Assembly: GCF_006345805.1 (NCBI RefSeq)
Contig: NC_043026.1
Span: forward strand, 8,866,001-8,930,000
Length of the DNA stretch: 64,000 nucleotides
Direction of reading: 5' to 3'
From: Octopus sinensis
Taxonomy: Eukaryota
Shown: in pieces, positions 1-10,147 of the stretch
Position numbering within the stretch: the stretch's first letter is position 1
How the letters are laid out: each line of letters begins with the position of its first letter
The notes under the pieces: model-generated
Database searches by the model: none
Told to the model about the DNA's origin: nothing
What the model saw: the letters and a program-made list of their open reading frames with translations, nothing else
Position numbers and translations under genes: made by a program

Positions 1-97
1 TTCTGATATCATCGATATAGAATACGATTTTGCCAAAATATCGCGTTTTCGTAGAACACCTATTTACTGTATCTGTAGAAAAAACGGCCGTTGAAGA

Positions 98-2045
98 AAA
101 TATCTTACAAACATGTTACAAACTACAGAATTTTCTCAATAAAGCCAAGAGGAAAAGATGTTTTATGTAACACATTCTACCAGTATACGAAGTTTAAAAC
201 TTTTTAGTTACCTAGAAATTATGTTAAAAACTGCCGTTCAAACAGAAAAGATCCCCAATCTTTTTCTTAAACGAGGGACATATTCATACGGCACAGAATG
301 TTTTTTTACCTCAATAGACGTGAGTGATTGGTTGAAATTGCCGAAATGCTTGAAATTAAAGACGAAATATCTTACAAACTACAGAATTTTCTCAATAAAG
401 CCAAGAGGAAAAGATGTTTTATGTAACACATTCTACCAGTATACGAAGTTTAAAACTTTTTAGTTACCTAGAAATTATGTTAAAAACTGCCGTTCAAACA
501 GAAAAGATCCCCAATCTGTTTCTTAAACAAGGGACATATTCATACGGCACAGAATGTTTTTTTACCTCAATAGACGTGAGTGATTGGTTGAAATTGCCGA
601 AATGCTTGAAATTAAAGACGAAATATCTTACAAACTACAGAATTTTCTCAATAAAGCCAAAAGGAAAAGGTGTTTTATGTAACACATTCTACCAGTATAC
701 GAAGTTTAAAATTTTTTAGTTACCTAGAAATTATGTTAAAAACTGCCGTTCAAACAGAAAAGATCCCCAATCTTTTTCTTAAACGAGGGACATATTCATA
801 CGGCACAGAATGTTTTTTTACCTCAATAGACGTGAGTGATTGGTTGAAATTGCCGAAATGCTTGAAATTAAAGACGAAATATCTTACAAACTACAGAATT
901 TTCTCAATAAAGCCAAGAGGAAAAGATGTTTTATGTAACACATTCTACCAGTATACGAAGTTTAAAACTTTTTAGTTACCTAGAAATTATGTTAAAAACT
1001 GCCGTTCAAACAGAAAAGATCCCCAATCTGTTTCTTAAACAAGGGACATATTCATACGGCACAGAATGTTTTTTTACCTCAATAGACGTGAGTGATTGGT
1101 TGAAATTGCCGAAATGCTTGAAATTAAAGACGAAATATCTTACAAACTACAGAATTTTCTCAATAAAGCCAAAAGGAAAAGGTGTTTTATGTAACACATT
1201 CTACCAGTATACGAAGTTTAAAATTTTTTAGTTACCTAGAAATTATGTTAAAAACTGCCGTTCAAACAGAAAAGATCCCCAATCTTTTTCTTAAACGAGG
1301 GACATATTCATACGGCACAGAATGTTTTTTTACCTCAATAGACGTGAGTGATTGGTTGAAATTGCCGAAATGCTTGAAATTAAAGACGAAATATCTTACA
1401 AACTACAGAATTTTCTCAATAAAGCCAAGAGGAAAAGATGTTTTATGTAACACATTCTACCAGTATACGAAGTTTAAAACTTTTTAGTTACCTAGAAATT
1501 ATGTTAAAAACTGCCGTTCAAACAGAAAAGATCCCCAATCTGTTTCTTAAACAAGGGACATATTCATACGGCACAGAATGTTTTTTTACCTCAATAGACG
1601 TGAGTGATTGGTTGAAATTGCCGAAATGCTTGAAATTAAAGACGAAATATCTTACAAACTACAGAATTTTCTCAATAAAGCCAAAAGGAAAAGGTGTTTT
1701 ATGTAACACATTCTACCAGTATACGAAGTTTAAAATTTTTAGTTACCTAGAAATTATGTTAAAAACTGCCGTTCAAACAGAAAAGATCCCCAATCTTTTT
1801 CTTAAACGAGGGACATATTCATACGGCACAGAATGTTTTTTTACCTCAATAGACGTGAGTGATTGGTTGAAATTGCCGAAATGCTTGAAATTAAAGACGA
1901 AATATCTTACAAACTACAGAATTTTCTCAATAAAGCCAAGAGGAAAAGATGTTTTATGTAACACATTCTACCAGTATACGAAGTTTAAAACTTTTTAGTT
2001 ACCTAGAAATTATGTTAAAAACTGCCGTTCAAACAGAAAAGATCC
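98..2045. repeat. 256-bp satellite/VNTR, 7 full monomers plus partial (unit 1)
   Basis: Anchor gttttatgtaacacattctacc every 256 bp (ORF starts 158, 414, 670, 926, 1182, 1438, then 1694, 1949). Array ends at gaaaagatcc. Confidence 0.98.
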
Positions 2046-2049
2046 ATAA

Positions 2050-2175
2050 ACTTTGCCTTTCACCTTTTTCTGCTAGGGTTCAATAAAATAAATACCAGTT
2101 GACTACTCGGGTCCATGAAATCGACTGACACTTGACCCTCCCCGAAATTTCTGGATTTCTACCAAAATCTTTAAA
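2050..2175 (+). mobile_element. Degenerate 3' half of an Octopus-type tRNA SINE, directly upstream of the gene A promoter (present in every unit)
   Basis: actttgcctttca...caataaaataaataccagttgactactcgggtccatgaaatcgact resembles the core of the intact SINE copies in this window (gtcgactttgcctttcatcctttcggggtcgat...gtaccagtt...ggggtcgatgtaatcgact). Confidence 0.65.
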
Positions 2176-2212
2176 AAACAAAAGAAAAAAAGAAGAAAAA
2201 CCAGTATTTCAT

Positions 2213-2374
2213 ACGCATGCGCACTAAGCGTATTTCCGCCTCCATTCATTCATTTTAACAAACTTGATTTCAGTCGGAATTTCTCTCAATTCACTCCCAA
2301 ACACATTTATAATACATTTCTCAACCACCTGGCGCACTTCTAACAACAACACCATCCTTTTTTAAACCATTTCC
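2213..2374 (+). promoter_or_regulatory. Putative promoter motif and non-coding exon 1 of gene A1
   Basis: NRF1-like ACGCATGCGCA at 2213-2223. Donor cc|GTAAGT at 2375. Matching acceptor tttctttattatttcAG at 3950-3951. Mirrored in the B arms. No transcript data. Confidence 0.6.
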
Positions 2375-2934
2375 GTAAGTATTAAACTATTTAATTTCTA
2401 AATACTTCCTGTCTCAGATGTCCTTTGATTTGTGCGACATTTGGCTGCTATTTCTAGCTATGGAGGCTACCTTCTACACTTTCCATCATTTTCCCACGTT
2501 TCTTGTGTTTTCATTGTGGATAAATGCCAGAAACGGCCTCAGACTCACCGATATTTTAAATCGTAAACAGAAGCAACCAGGGGCGAAGAATAGGGTTGAA
2601 AAAAATCATAAATGTGTTTATGAAGAGAAAAACTTCAAAAGATGGGAAAGTGAAACGAGGAGGGTTGTCTTAGGATGTGCTAGAAACAACAGCCAAATCT
2701 CCCTTAAATCACACTTTTTCCTTTGAAAATATTTACAATATTTTATTTTTTTGTTACCGAAAAGGTTTCTCCCATCGTTTTTAAGGGCAAAAATATGTTT
2801 GTTTTTTTTTTTTTTCAAGTGAAAAGTGAAGGGGCTGGTGGTAAATGAAATTTTGAGAATGCGATTTTTCAAAAAAGTTTTTTCAGAATCGGATCCTCCA
2901 TAACCAAAAAGTGGGATTCCGTAAAAAAAAACAG

Positions 2935-2984
<50 letters not shown>

Positions 2985-3334
2985 CAAAATGGGACAAGAA
3001 CGCAAAACATCCAAATAGACGATACAAAAAACACGGACGGGTCATTGGAAGCCTTCTTCAGTCAAGAACCGGATCATCCTCGCAATCCATTTTACCCTAA
3101 CTTATGACGGAAAAATCGGATCTTGTAAATTTTCCGAAAGTCCCCCACCCCCGGGTCGTTAGCACAGTTTTTTTTTTTTTTTTTTCATTTTCGTTTTCTA
3201 CATAGTTACGGACAAAACCCTTTGTAACTTTCGTCCTGTGTTTTGTCCCTTTATGTTTTAATTGATTTTTGTTAGCCCTTGTGGCCAATAAACGAACGAA
3301 TTATTATTATTATTATTATTATTTTGTTGTCTTT

Positions 3335-3432
3335 GAACGACGATAATTTCCTGAAACAGTGATTCTGTTATAATGGTTTCAATGCATTTCGGGAAGGCCA
3401 TTTGCTTAGCTGATGTACTTTTTGTAGGCATT
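3335..3432 (+). other. 98-bp intronic island shared by A and B introns
   Basis: Reverse complement aligns without gaps to 10050-10147 with 11 mismatches in 98 (manual count). Confidence 0.85.
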
Positions 3433-3476
3433 TAAACAAGAGGTCTATAAGTCCCCTATTCATCAATTTCACAATA

Positions 3477-3703
3477 TCATCATCATCATCATCGTTTAGC
3501 ATCCGTTTTCCATGCTAGCATGGGTTGGACGGTTCAACTGGGGTCTGGGAAGCCAGAAGGCTGCACCAGGCCCAGTCTGATCTGGCAAGGTTTCTATGGC
3601 TGGATGCCCTTCCTAACGCCAACCACTCCATGAGTGTAGTGGGTGCTTTTTATGTGCCAGACGAGTCTGGCAAACAGCCATGCCCGGATGGTGCTTTTTA
3701 CGT

Positions 3704-3704
<1 letters not shown>
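3477..3704 (-). mobile_element. SINE/LINE 3' fragment with (GAT)n tail in gene A intron (also 15018-15245, 25812-26039, 38451-38678, 50850-51077)
   Basis: (cat)n cgtttagcatccgttttccatgctagcatgggttggacgg...ggctggatgcccttcctaacgccaaccac. Recognised as an abundant octopus retroposon with an RTE-like microsatellite tail; exact family name not established. Confidence 0.75.
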
Positions 3705-3743
<39 letters not shown>

Positions 3744-4332
3744 TATGAATGTTGTGCAGTAAGAATGTGTAACTGGAATTTAGAAATATGTTAACTTCAC
3801 ACAAGATTTTCTGATGTAAATTTTAATAAATTAAAAAGTTCTGTTGTTCAGTTAAATGTTTGTTTCTAGAGTTTATCTTTATGGAAATGTTGAATCTGTA
3901 TTTTTTTAAGTAGCCTCTATATCTTACACTGTTGTTTCTTTATTATTTCAGAATATCAGATGACATTGGCATAACTGAAGATACATTCTCATTATTTATC
4001 ATCTTTTAAAGACCAAAATGAAAATATTGTACAGAACAGATATATAAGATTGTTTCTACAAATCTGTGGTGGAATTCCTCTGAAATGTGTTATTAGCAAA
4101 TCTTCTGGACATCACTGGCTGGAGTGTCTACAAGATGTGTCTCTTTGCAAATTAAACTTGGGTAAATTTACTAACGAGTTTTGGGACAAAGGTAACAGTG
4201 GACAGAAATACAGCAGTCGAAATACTTGCAAACAAAAGACTATAGAAGTACAAAGAAGAAAACATATATATATATATATATTGTGAGAAACTAAAGGATC
4301 TGACTTTTCCAGAAGAAAAAGGGAAACAAAAA

Positions 4333-5524
4333 TTGTCACATGACTGTGATGTGTGTAAAAAGTCCTTCTCTGAAAAGGGTAACTTGTATAAGCACAAACG
4401 TATTCATACGGTAGAGAAGCCATTTCATTGTGACAACTGTGGTAAATCATTCTCTCAAAAGGGTCGCTTGAATATGCACAAGCGTATTCATACAGGGGAG
4501 AAACCATTTCACTGTGACATCTGTGGTAAATCATTCTCTCAAAATAATAACTTGACTAGACACAAACGTATTCATACTGGAGAGAAGCCTTATCGTTGTG
4601 ATGTCTGTGGTAAATCATTCTCTGACCGAAGTAATTTAAATTCTCACAAGCGTATTCATACAGTAGAGACACCATATTCTTGTGATATCTATGGTAAATC
4701 ATTCACTCAAAGTGGGAACTTAGCTAAACACAAACGTTTCCATACAGGAGAGAAGCTATATCAGTGCAACATCTGTGGCAAATCTTTCTCTGCCAGTAGG
4801 AACCTAACTACTCATAAACGTATTCATACAGGAGAGAAGCCATATCAGTGCAACATCTGTGGCAAATCTTTCTCTTCCAGTAGTAACATAACTAACACAC
4901 AGACGTATTCATACAGGAGAAACACCACATTCTTGTGACATCTGTGGTACATCATTCTCTCAAAGTGGGAGTTTAAATGCTCACAAACGTATTCATACAG
5001 GAGAGAAGCTGTATTACTGCGACATCTGTGGCAAATCTTTCTCTCTTAGTAGTAACCTAACTACACATAAGCGTATTCATACAGGAGAGAAGCCCTATCA
5101 CTGTGATGTCTGTGGTACATCATTCTCTCAAAGTGGGAACTTAACTGCTCACAAACGTATTCATACAGGAGAGAAGCTGTATCAGTGCGACATCTGTGGC
5201 AAATCTTTCTCTCTTAGTACGAACCTAACTAGACATAAGCGTATTCATACAGGAGAGAAGCCCTATCACTGTGATGTCTGTGGTACATCATTCTCCTACC
5301 AAAGTGCTTTCATTTCTCACAAACATATTCATACAGGAGAGACACCATATTCTTGTGATATCTGTGGAAGGTCATTCACTCAACATGGCAACTTAACTTC
5401 TCACAAACGTATTCATACAGGAGAGACACCATATTCTTGTGATATCTGTGGAAGGTCATTCACTCAACGTGGCAACTTAACTTCTCACAAACGTGTTCAT
5501 CAGGGGAAGAAGCAATCCCACTGA
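4333..5524 (+). pseudogene. C2H2 ZNF gene A1, 14-finger type, with a +1 frameshift in finger 7
   Basis: ORF 4333-4938 has 7 fingers and then leaves frame at actaacacacagac (other copies actaaacacagac). Fingers continue in another frame to TGA 5522-5524. Could be an assembly indel. Confidence 0.85.
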
Positions 5525-5793
5525 TATTTGTGCTAAATCATAATCTGTAAGGGGTGACTGAACCCTTTACCATGCAGATTATTCTGTCGAATGTGAGGGT
5601 TATTTATTCCCATTATTTTCAATTTGTCCTGCATTAACCCACAGCTTTCAAATTTTGATGATATGATTGTGTATTTTCACAATGACATTGTAGGGTAGGT
5701 GTAAGAAGCCGACTCTGACTAGTTTGATCATAAAATAGGTAGAATATTTGGGCCAGATATGGCTGGTTTAAATTCTAAAGAGTGGACACTAGA

Positions 5794-5934
5794 TGCACCA
5801 AGTTGTCTGATCTGGCAGTGTTTCTACAGCTGGATGCCCTTCCTAATGCCAACCTGTCTGTGAGTGTAGTGGGTGCTTTTTACGTGCCACCTGCACAGGT
5901 GCCAGACGAGGCTGGCAAACGGCCACGATCGGAT
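5794..5934 (-). mobile_element. Partial copy of the (GAT)n-tailed retroposon downstream of A (also 17381-17521, 53174-53314; longer at 28476-28695 and 41127-41346)
   Basis: ctgatctggcagtgtttctacagctggatgcccttcctaatgccaac...gtgctttttacgtgccac is the same family as 3477-3704. Confidence 0.75.
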
Positions 5935-6296
5935 ATTTTAAATACAGTCCTGCCCTGTCTCACTGTAGCATTGCTCTCCGCTAGTCCTGACCTGTATGTT
6001 CCACCCCCATTCCCTGTCTTACTGTATTATTGCTACTGGCTTGCCCTCAACCTATGTCTTCCACCCACATGTAACAAGAAAACTTTTTACACACCCTGCC
6101 CCCAACAAACCAATCTACATCTCTTTTTCACATTCCTTCCATACACTATGCCTACCTCTCACTCCCCCAATCCTGTCCTCATGGTGCTGTTCATCTGTAT
6201 CATTGCTATCCGGTAGCCCCCTGACCCTATATAATACCCAGGTTGTCATCACTCAACACCCCCTACACTCTAATCATGCTTCCTTTGCAGTATCCT

Positions 6297-6486
6297 ATTC
6301 CTTTACTACCCACAAGGGGCTACACACAGAGAGGAGACAAACAAGGACAGATAAAGGGATTAAGTTGATTACATCGACCCCAGTGCGTAACTGGTACTTA
6401 TTTAATCGACCCCGAAAGGATGAAAAGCAAAGTCGACCTCGGCGGAATTTGAACACAGAGCCTAACTTTTCTGCCAGCTCGCCGCC
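6297..6486 (-). mobile_element. tRNA-derived Octopus SINE with 15-bp TSD (also about 17884-18073, 29058-29200, 41709-41851, 53677-53866)
   Basis: Head ggcggcgagctggcagaa, B-box-like gttcaaattcc, core gtcgactttgc(c/t)tttcatcctttcggggtcg. Flanked by cctttgcagtatcct (6282-6296) and cctatgcagtatcct (6485-6499). Confidence 0.85.
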
Positions 6487-8242
6487 TATGCAGTATCCTG
6501 TCCCTTATATTATGACGTTTGAACATCAAGGGTATGCCCTGGCACTTGCCACCATCTATATCTCCCTCTTCCTTTACTCAACCATCCTCATCTATGCTCT
6601 AATCCCCTCCCTAGTGAATACGCCCATCATTTTGCCACAATGTCCATCGTGTTGTCTCCCACCCTTATCTCCGCCTGCATTTCCCTCAGGCTGGGTAACC
6701 ATGTATCTCCTTTGTGGCGGCACACCCTTTCCTGATCTCTCTCTCTCTCTCTCTCTGGCCTGGTAAACTTGTACTTCCTCTACAGCAACAGACAGATCAC
6801 AACAAAAGATGCTGCCCAACACACAAAACCAAGCCATGAACATGCTACAGAATTTCAACTGTGATACAACTTCCACTGTTCCAGATAGAGTTACTTAAAA
6901 CTTGCCAAACCTGTTACTTCACAATTTGTAAGACATTTATATACTCTTTACTCTTTTACTTGTTTCAGTCATTGACTTTGAGTAAGTCCTCAACACCACC
7001 GTCTTCCTTTCAAGCTCTTTTAACCATTTTTTGGGAGCTGTCAAGTCCCACACAAGAAATTCCTTTGCCATTTCAACACAAAGTTCAATTACAGTTCAAA
7101 ATGTAAGAAAATAAAACAAGACACAAAAAAAGAAGGGAAGAAATAAAATAAAAAATAACAGTTCAAAAAAGAGTTCTTTTATTCTTTTAAATAAACGAAA
7201 GCTTTGAAGAAGAGAGTTCAAATCCAGGCAAAGAAATAAATTAATTTTCGGCCGTAAAGGTACTCCTGGCCAAATGTACATAGGTTCCTTGGTATGAATC
7301 ATTTTTACCTGTAATTGGTAAAAGAAATCCAAACAAAATACTGGCTACAGCCAACGGTAACTGTACCAGGTTCTAATCATTAGGGCGAGGATACGTCCCT
7401 CCACTGTTTTTGTTTTTTTTATGAATCCACAATATTCCCACTAAATTCACAAAACAGCAGCAGGCGAAATTTGTTAACAAAAAAGAACAATATAACAAAT
7501 TACACCCAGCTCAGATAAAACAAAATCACTGGCCTCGACAACCTTCTCTGTTTTTGTTCTTTTTTCTTGTAATTGGCCAGAGCCAAAACACTCACGTCCA
7601 CCTTGCAAAAACAGTCCTTCCTGCCTTGGTAATCCACAGACACGAAGATAATTTTTGCGGAGGGGCTACGCCTCCTCGAAAACACAATTCTCACTGCAAA
7701 GTGAGTCTTTATAGGCGGCCACAGGCAGGCAAATGTCTGGAGCAGATTGGAGTCTATTACTCACCAAAAAATATTAAATACAGGGCAACAAACTCCACTA
7801 AACCCTCAAAATATACGACAAACGCCTACCTGTAGTCGAGCCTCAAAGTTCAATATTTCACGACGAAAGACGTGACATCAAGCAGCAAGAACTCTCTGCC
7901 AAAAACAAACACGTCCGTCTCCGACAAAGGTAAGCAAGCTACTTACCACACAACTACTCCTGTTTACTCAATTTGAAAACTCTTTGTATTGTCTTTTGTC
8001 TCCTGTGTCTGTGTGTGTGCGCCTAAGTTCATATATGAGTAGTGTCCCTTTAATATCACGCAAAAATTGATAAAAATTTGAGAATTAAAATTAAATATCT
8101 TTTTTCTAATTGATAGAATTTTACTAAACCTTTGGATGGCAAATTGAAAATAATGTGAATATATAAACATCGCATTCGACAGAATAACGTACATGGTAAA
8201 GGGTTTCAGTAACCCCTTAGAGATTATGATTTAGTTTAAATA

Positions 8243-9247
8243 TTAGTGGGATTGCTTCTTCCCCTTATGAACACATTTGTGAGAAGTTAAGCTGCTATGT
8301 TGAGTAAATAACCTTCCACAGATATCACAAGAATATGGTGTCTCTCCTGTATGAATACGTTTATGGGTCATTAGGTTACTACTGGTAGAGAAAGATTTAT
8401 TACAGACATCACAAGAATATGGTGTCTCTCCTGTATGAATACGTTTATGTTTATCTAAGTTGCCACTTTGAGAGAATGATTTACCACAGATTTCACAGTG
8501 AAATAGTGTCTCTCCTGTATGAATACGTTTGTGTAAAGTCAAATAAATATTTTGAGAGAATAATTTACCACAGATATCACAAGAATATGGTGTTTCTCCT
8601 GTATGAATACGTCTGTGTCCAGTTAAGTTAGAACTCACGGTGAATGATTTACCACAGATATCACAAGGATATGGTGACTCTCCTGTATGAATACGTTTAT
8701 GATAAGTTAGAGCACTTTTACCAGGAAATAATTTACCACAGATATTACAGGAATATGGCTTCTTCCCTGTATGAATACGCTTGTGATTAGTTAAAGCACT
8801 TCTTTGAGAGAATGATTTACCACAGATGTCACATTGAAATGGCTTCTCTCCTGTATGACAATGCTGGTGATTACTTAAAACACTTTGGTCAGAGAATCTT
8901 GTACCACAGACACTACAATGATATGGTGACTCTCCTGTATGAATACGTTTATGTTGAGTTAGAGCACTTTTATCAGAAAATGATTTACCACAGATATTAC
9001 AGGAATATGGCTTCTCTCCTGTATGAATACGTTTATGTTTAGCTAAGTTGCCACTTTGAGAGAATGATTTACCACAGATATCACAGTGAAATGGCTTCTC
9101 TCCTGTATGAATACGTTTGTGACTATTTAAGTTACATTTACTTGAGAAAGACTTTTTACACACATCACAGTCATGTGACAATTTTTGTCTCTCTTTTTTG
9201 CTAACTTCTGGTAAAATCTGTTCCTTCACTTTCTCACTCTTTTCCAT
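8243..9247 (-). CDS. C2H2 zinc-finger protein B1, 334 aa, 11 fingers
   Basis: ATG-initiated ORF with 11 CxxC-x12-HxxxH fingers, TGE(K/T/S)PY linkers and C-terminal GKKQSH. Putative upstream acceptor at 9604-9605. Confidence 0.95.
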   Translation of the reverse strand: MEKSEKVKEQILPEVSKKERQKLSHDCDVCKKSFSSKCNLNSHKRIHTGEKPFHCDICGKSFSQSGNLAKHKRIHTGEKPYSCNICGKSFSDKSALTQHKRIHTGESPYHCSVCGTRFSDQSVLSNHQHCHTGEKPFQCDICGKSFSQRSALTNHKRIHTGKKPYSCNICGKLFPGKSALTYHKRIHTGESPYPCDICGKSFTVSSNLTGHRRIHTGETPYSCDICGKLFSQNIYLTLHKRIHTGETLFHCEICGKSFSQSGNLDKHKRIHTGETPYSCDVCNKSFSTSSNLMTHKRIHTGETPYSCDICGRLFTQHSSLTSHKCVHKGKKQSH

Positions 9248-10049
9248 TATTTTTCCTTCAACTTCACAATATACGTTCTTTTTTTATTCTTTTTGCTCCT
9301 ATAGTCTTCTGTTTACAAATATTTCAACTGTTGTATTTCTGGCCACTGTTACCTTTGTCACAAAACAACTAAATTTATCCACATTCAATCTGCAAACAGG
9401 CTCATCTTGTAGACACTCCAGCCAATGATGTCCAGAAGGTTTGCTAATAACACATTTCAGAGTAAATATATCAGAGGAATTCCACCACAGATTTATAGAA
9501 ACAATCTTATATATCTGTTCTGTACAATATTTCCATTTTGGTCTTTAAAAAGCTGATAAATAATGAGAATGTATCTTCAGTTATGCCAATGTCATCTGAT
9601 ATTCTGAAATAATAAAGAAACAACAGTGTAAGATATAGAGGCTACTTAAAAAAATACAGATTCAACATTTCCATGAAGATAAACTTTAGAAATAAACATT
9701 TAACTGAACAACAGAACTTTCTAATTTATTAATATTTATATCAGCTTAGCACTTATTCTATCAGCCACTTTTGCCAAACCACAGGTTTATGGGGACATAA
9801 ACACACCAACACTGTTTGTCAAGTGTTGAAGGGGTGGGAGGACAACACCCACACCCACACATATATATATATTGGGCTTCCTTCAGTTTCCATCTCCCAA
9901 ATCCATTCACAAAGCCAGAGGATATTGTAGAAAATGCATGTCTGTGACTAGTTACCTAACAGCTCACAATTTCTTCTCTTTAACTCCATATAGGGAAAAA
10001 ATTATTGGAAATAGTCATTACTCACTTTGCCCCATGAGGAGATTTCACG

Positions 10050-10147
10050 AATGATTACAAAAAGTTTATCAGCCAAGCAAATGGCCTTCCCTGAATGCAT
10101 TGAAAACATTATAACAGAATCACTATTTCAGGAAATTATCATTGTTC
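10050..10147 (-). other. B-intron copy of the 98-bp shared island (also 21658, 33636, 46288, 57438)
   Basis: Inverted match to 3335-3432, i.e. same sense relative to transcription of each gene. Confidence 0.85.

Noticed and set aside
158-1998. Repeated 101-aa ORFs (MFYVTHSTS...) in every satellite array
   Set aside because: They are by-products of the 256-bp monomer: each overlaps the next in a shifted frame, has no recognisable domain, and is freely broken by 1-bp indels (e.g. 13200, 35913, 59952).
98-2045. Satellite as a CRISPR array or as the core of a Helentron/MITE
   Set aside because: There are no unique spacers and the context is eukaryotic. I could not identify element termini or TSDs, so a TE origin of the monomer is unsupported, though not excluded.
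3335-3432. Calling the conserved island a C/D snoRNA
   Set aside because: Box C is imperfect, D' is only 4 nt from C, and the best rRNA pairing I could recall (18S GCGAAUGGCU) needs two wobbles and does not fit the +5 rule.
4112-4534. Antisense ORFs such as [17 protein letters not shown] (many copies, both strands)
   Set aside because: These are the expected antisense shadows of C2H2 finger codons.
5547-5568. Small aaggg...ccctt hairpin shared by A and B 3' UTRs
   Set aside because: Five-bp stem inside a generally homologous block with no compensatory changes seen.
5782-6766. 144-288 aa ORFs downstream of A (MDTRCTKL..., MFHPHSLS...)
   Set aside because: They run through SINE sequence and CT-rich DNA, vary in length with the (CT)n tract, and show no domain.
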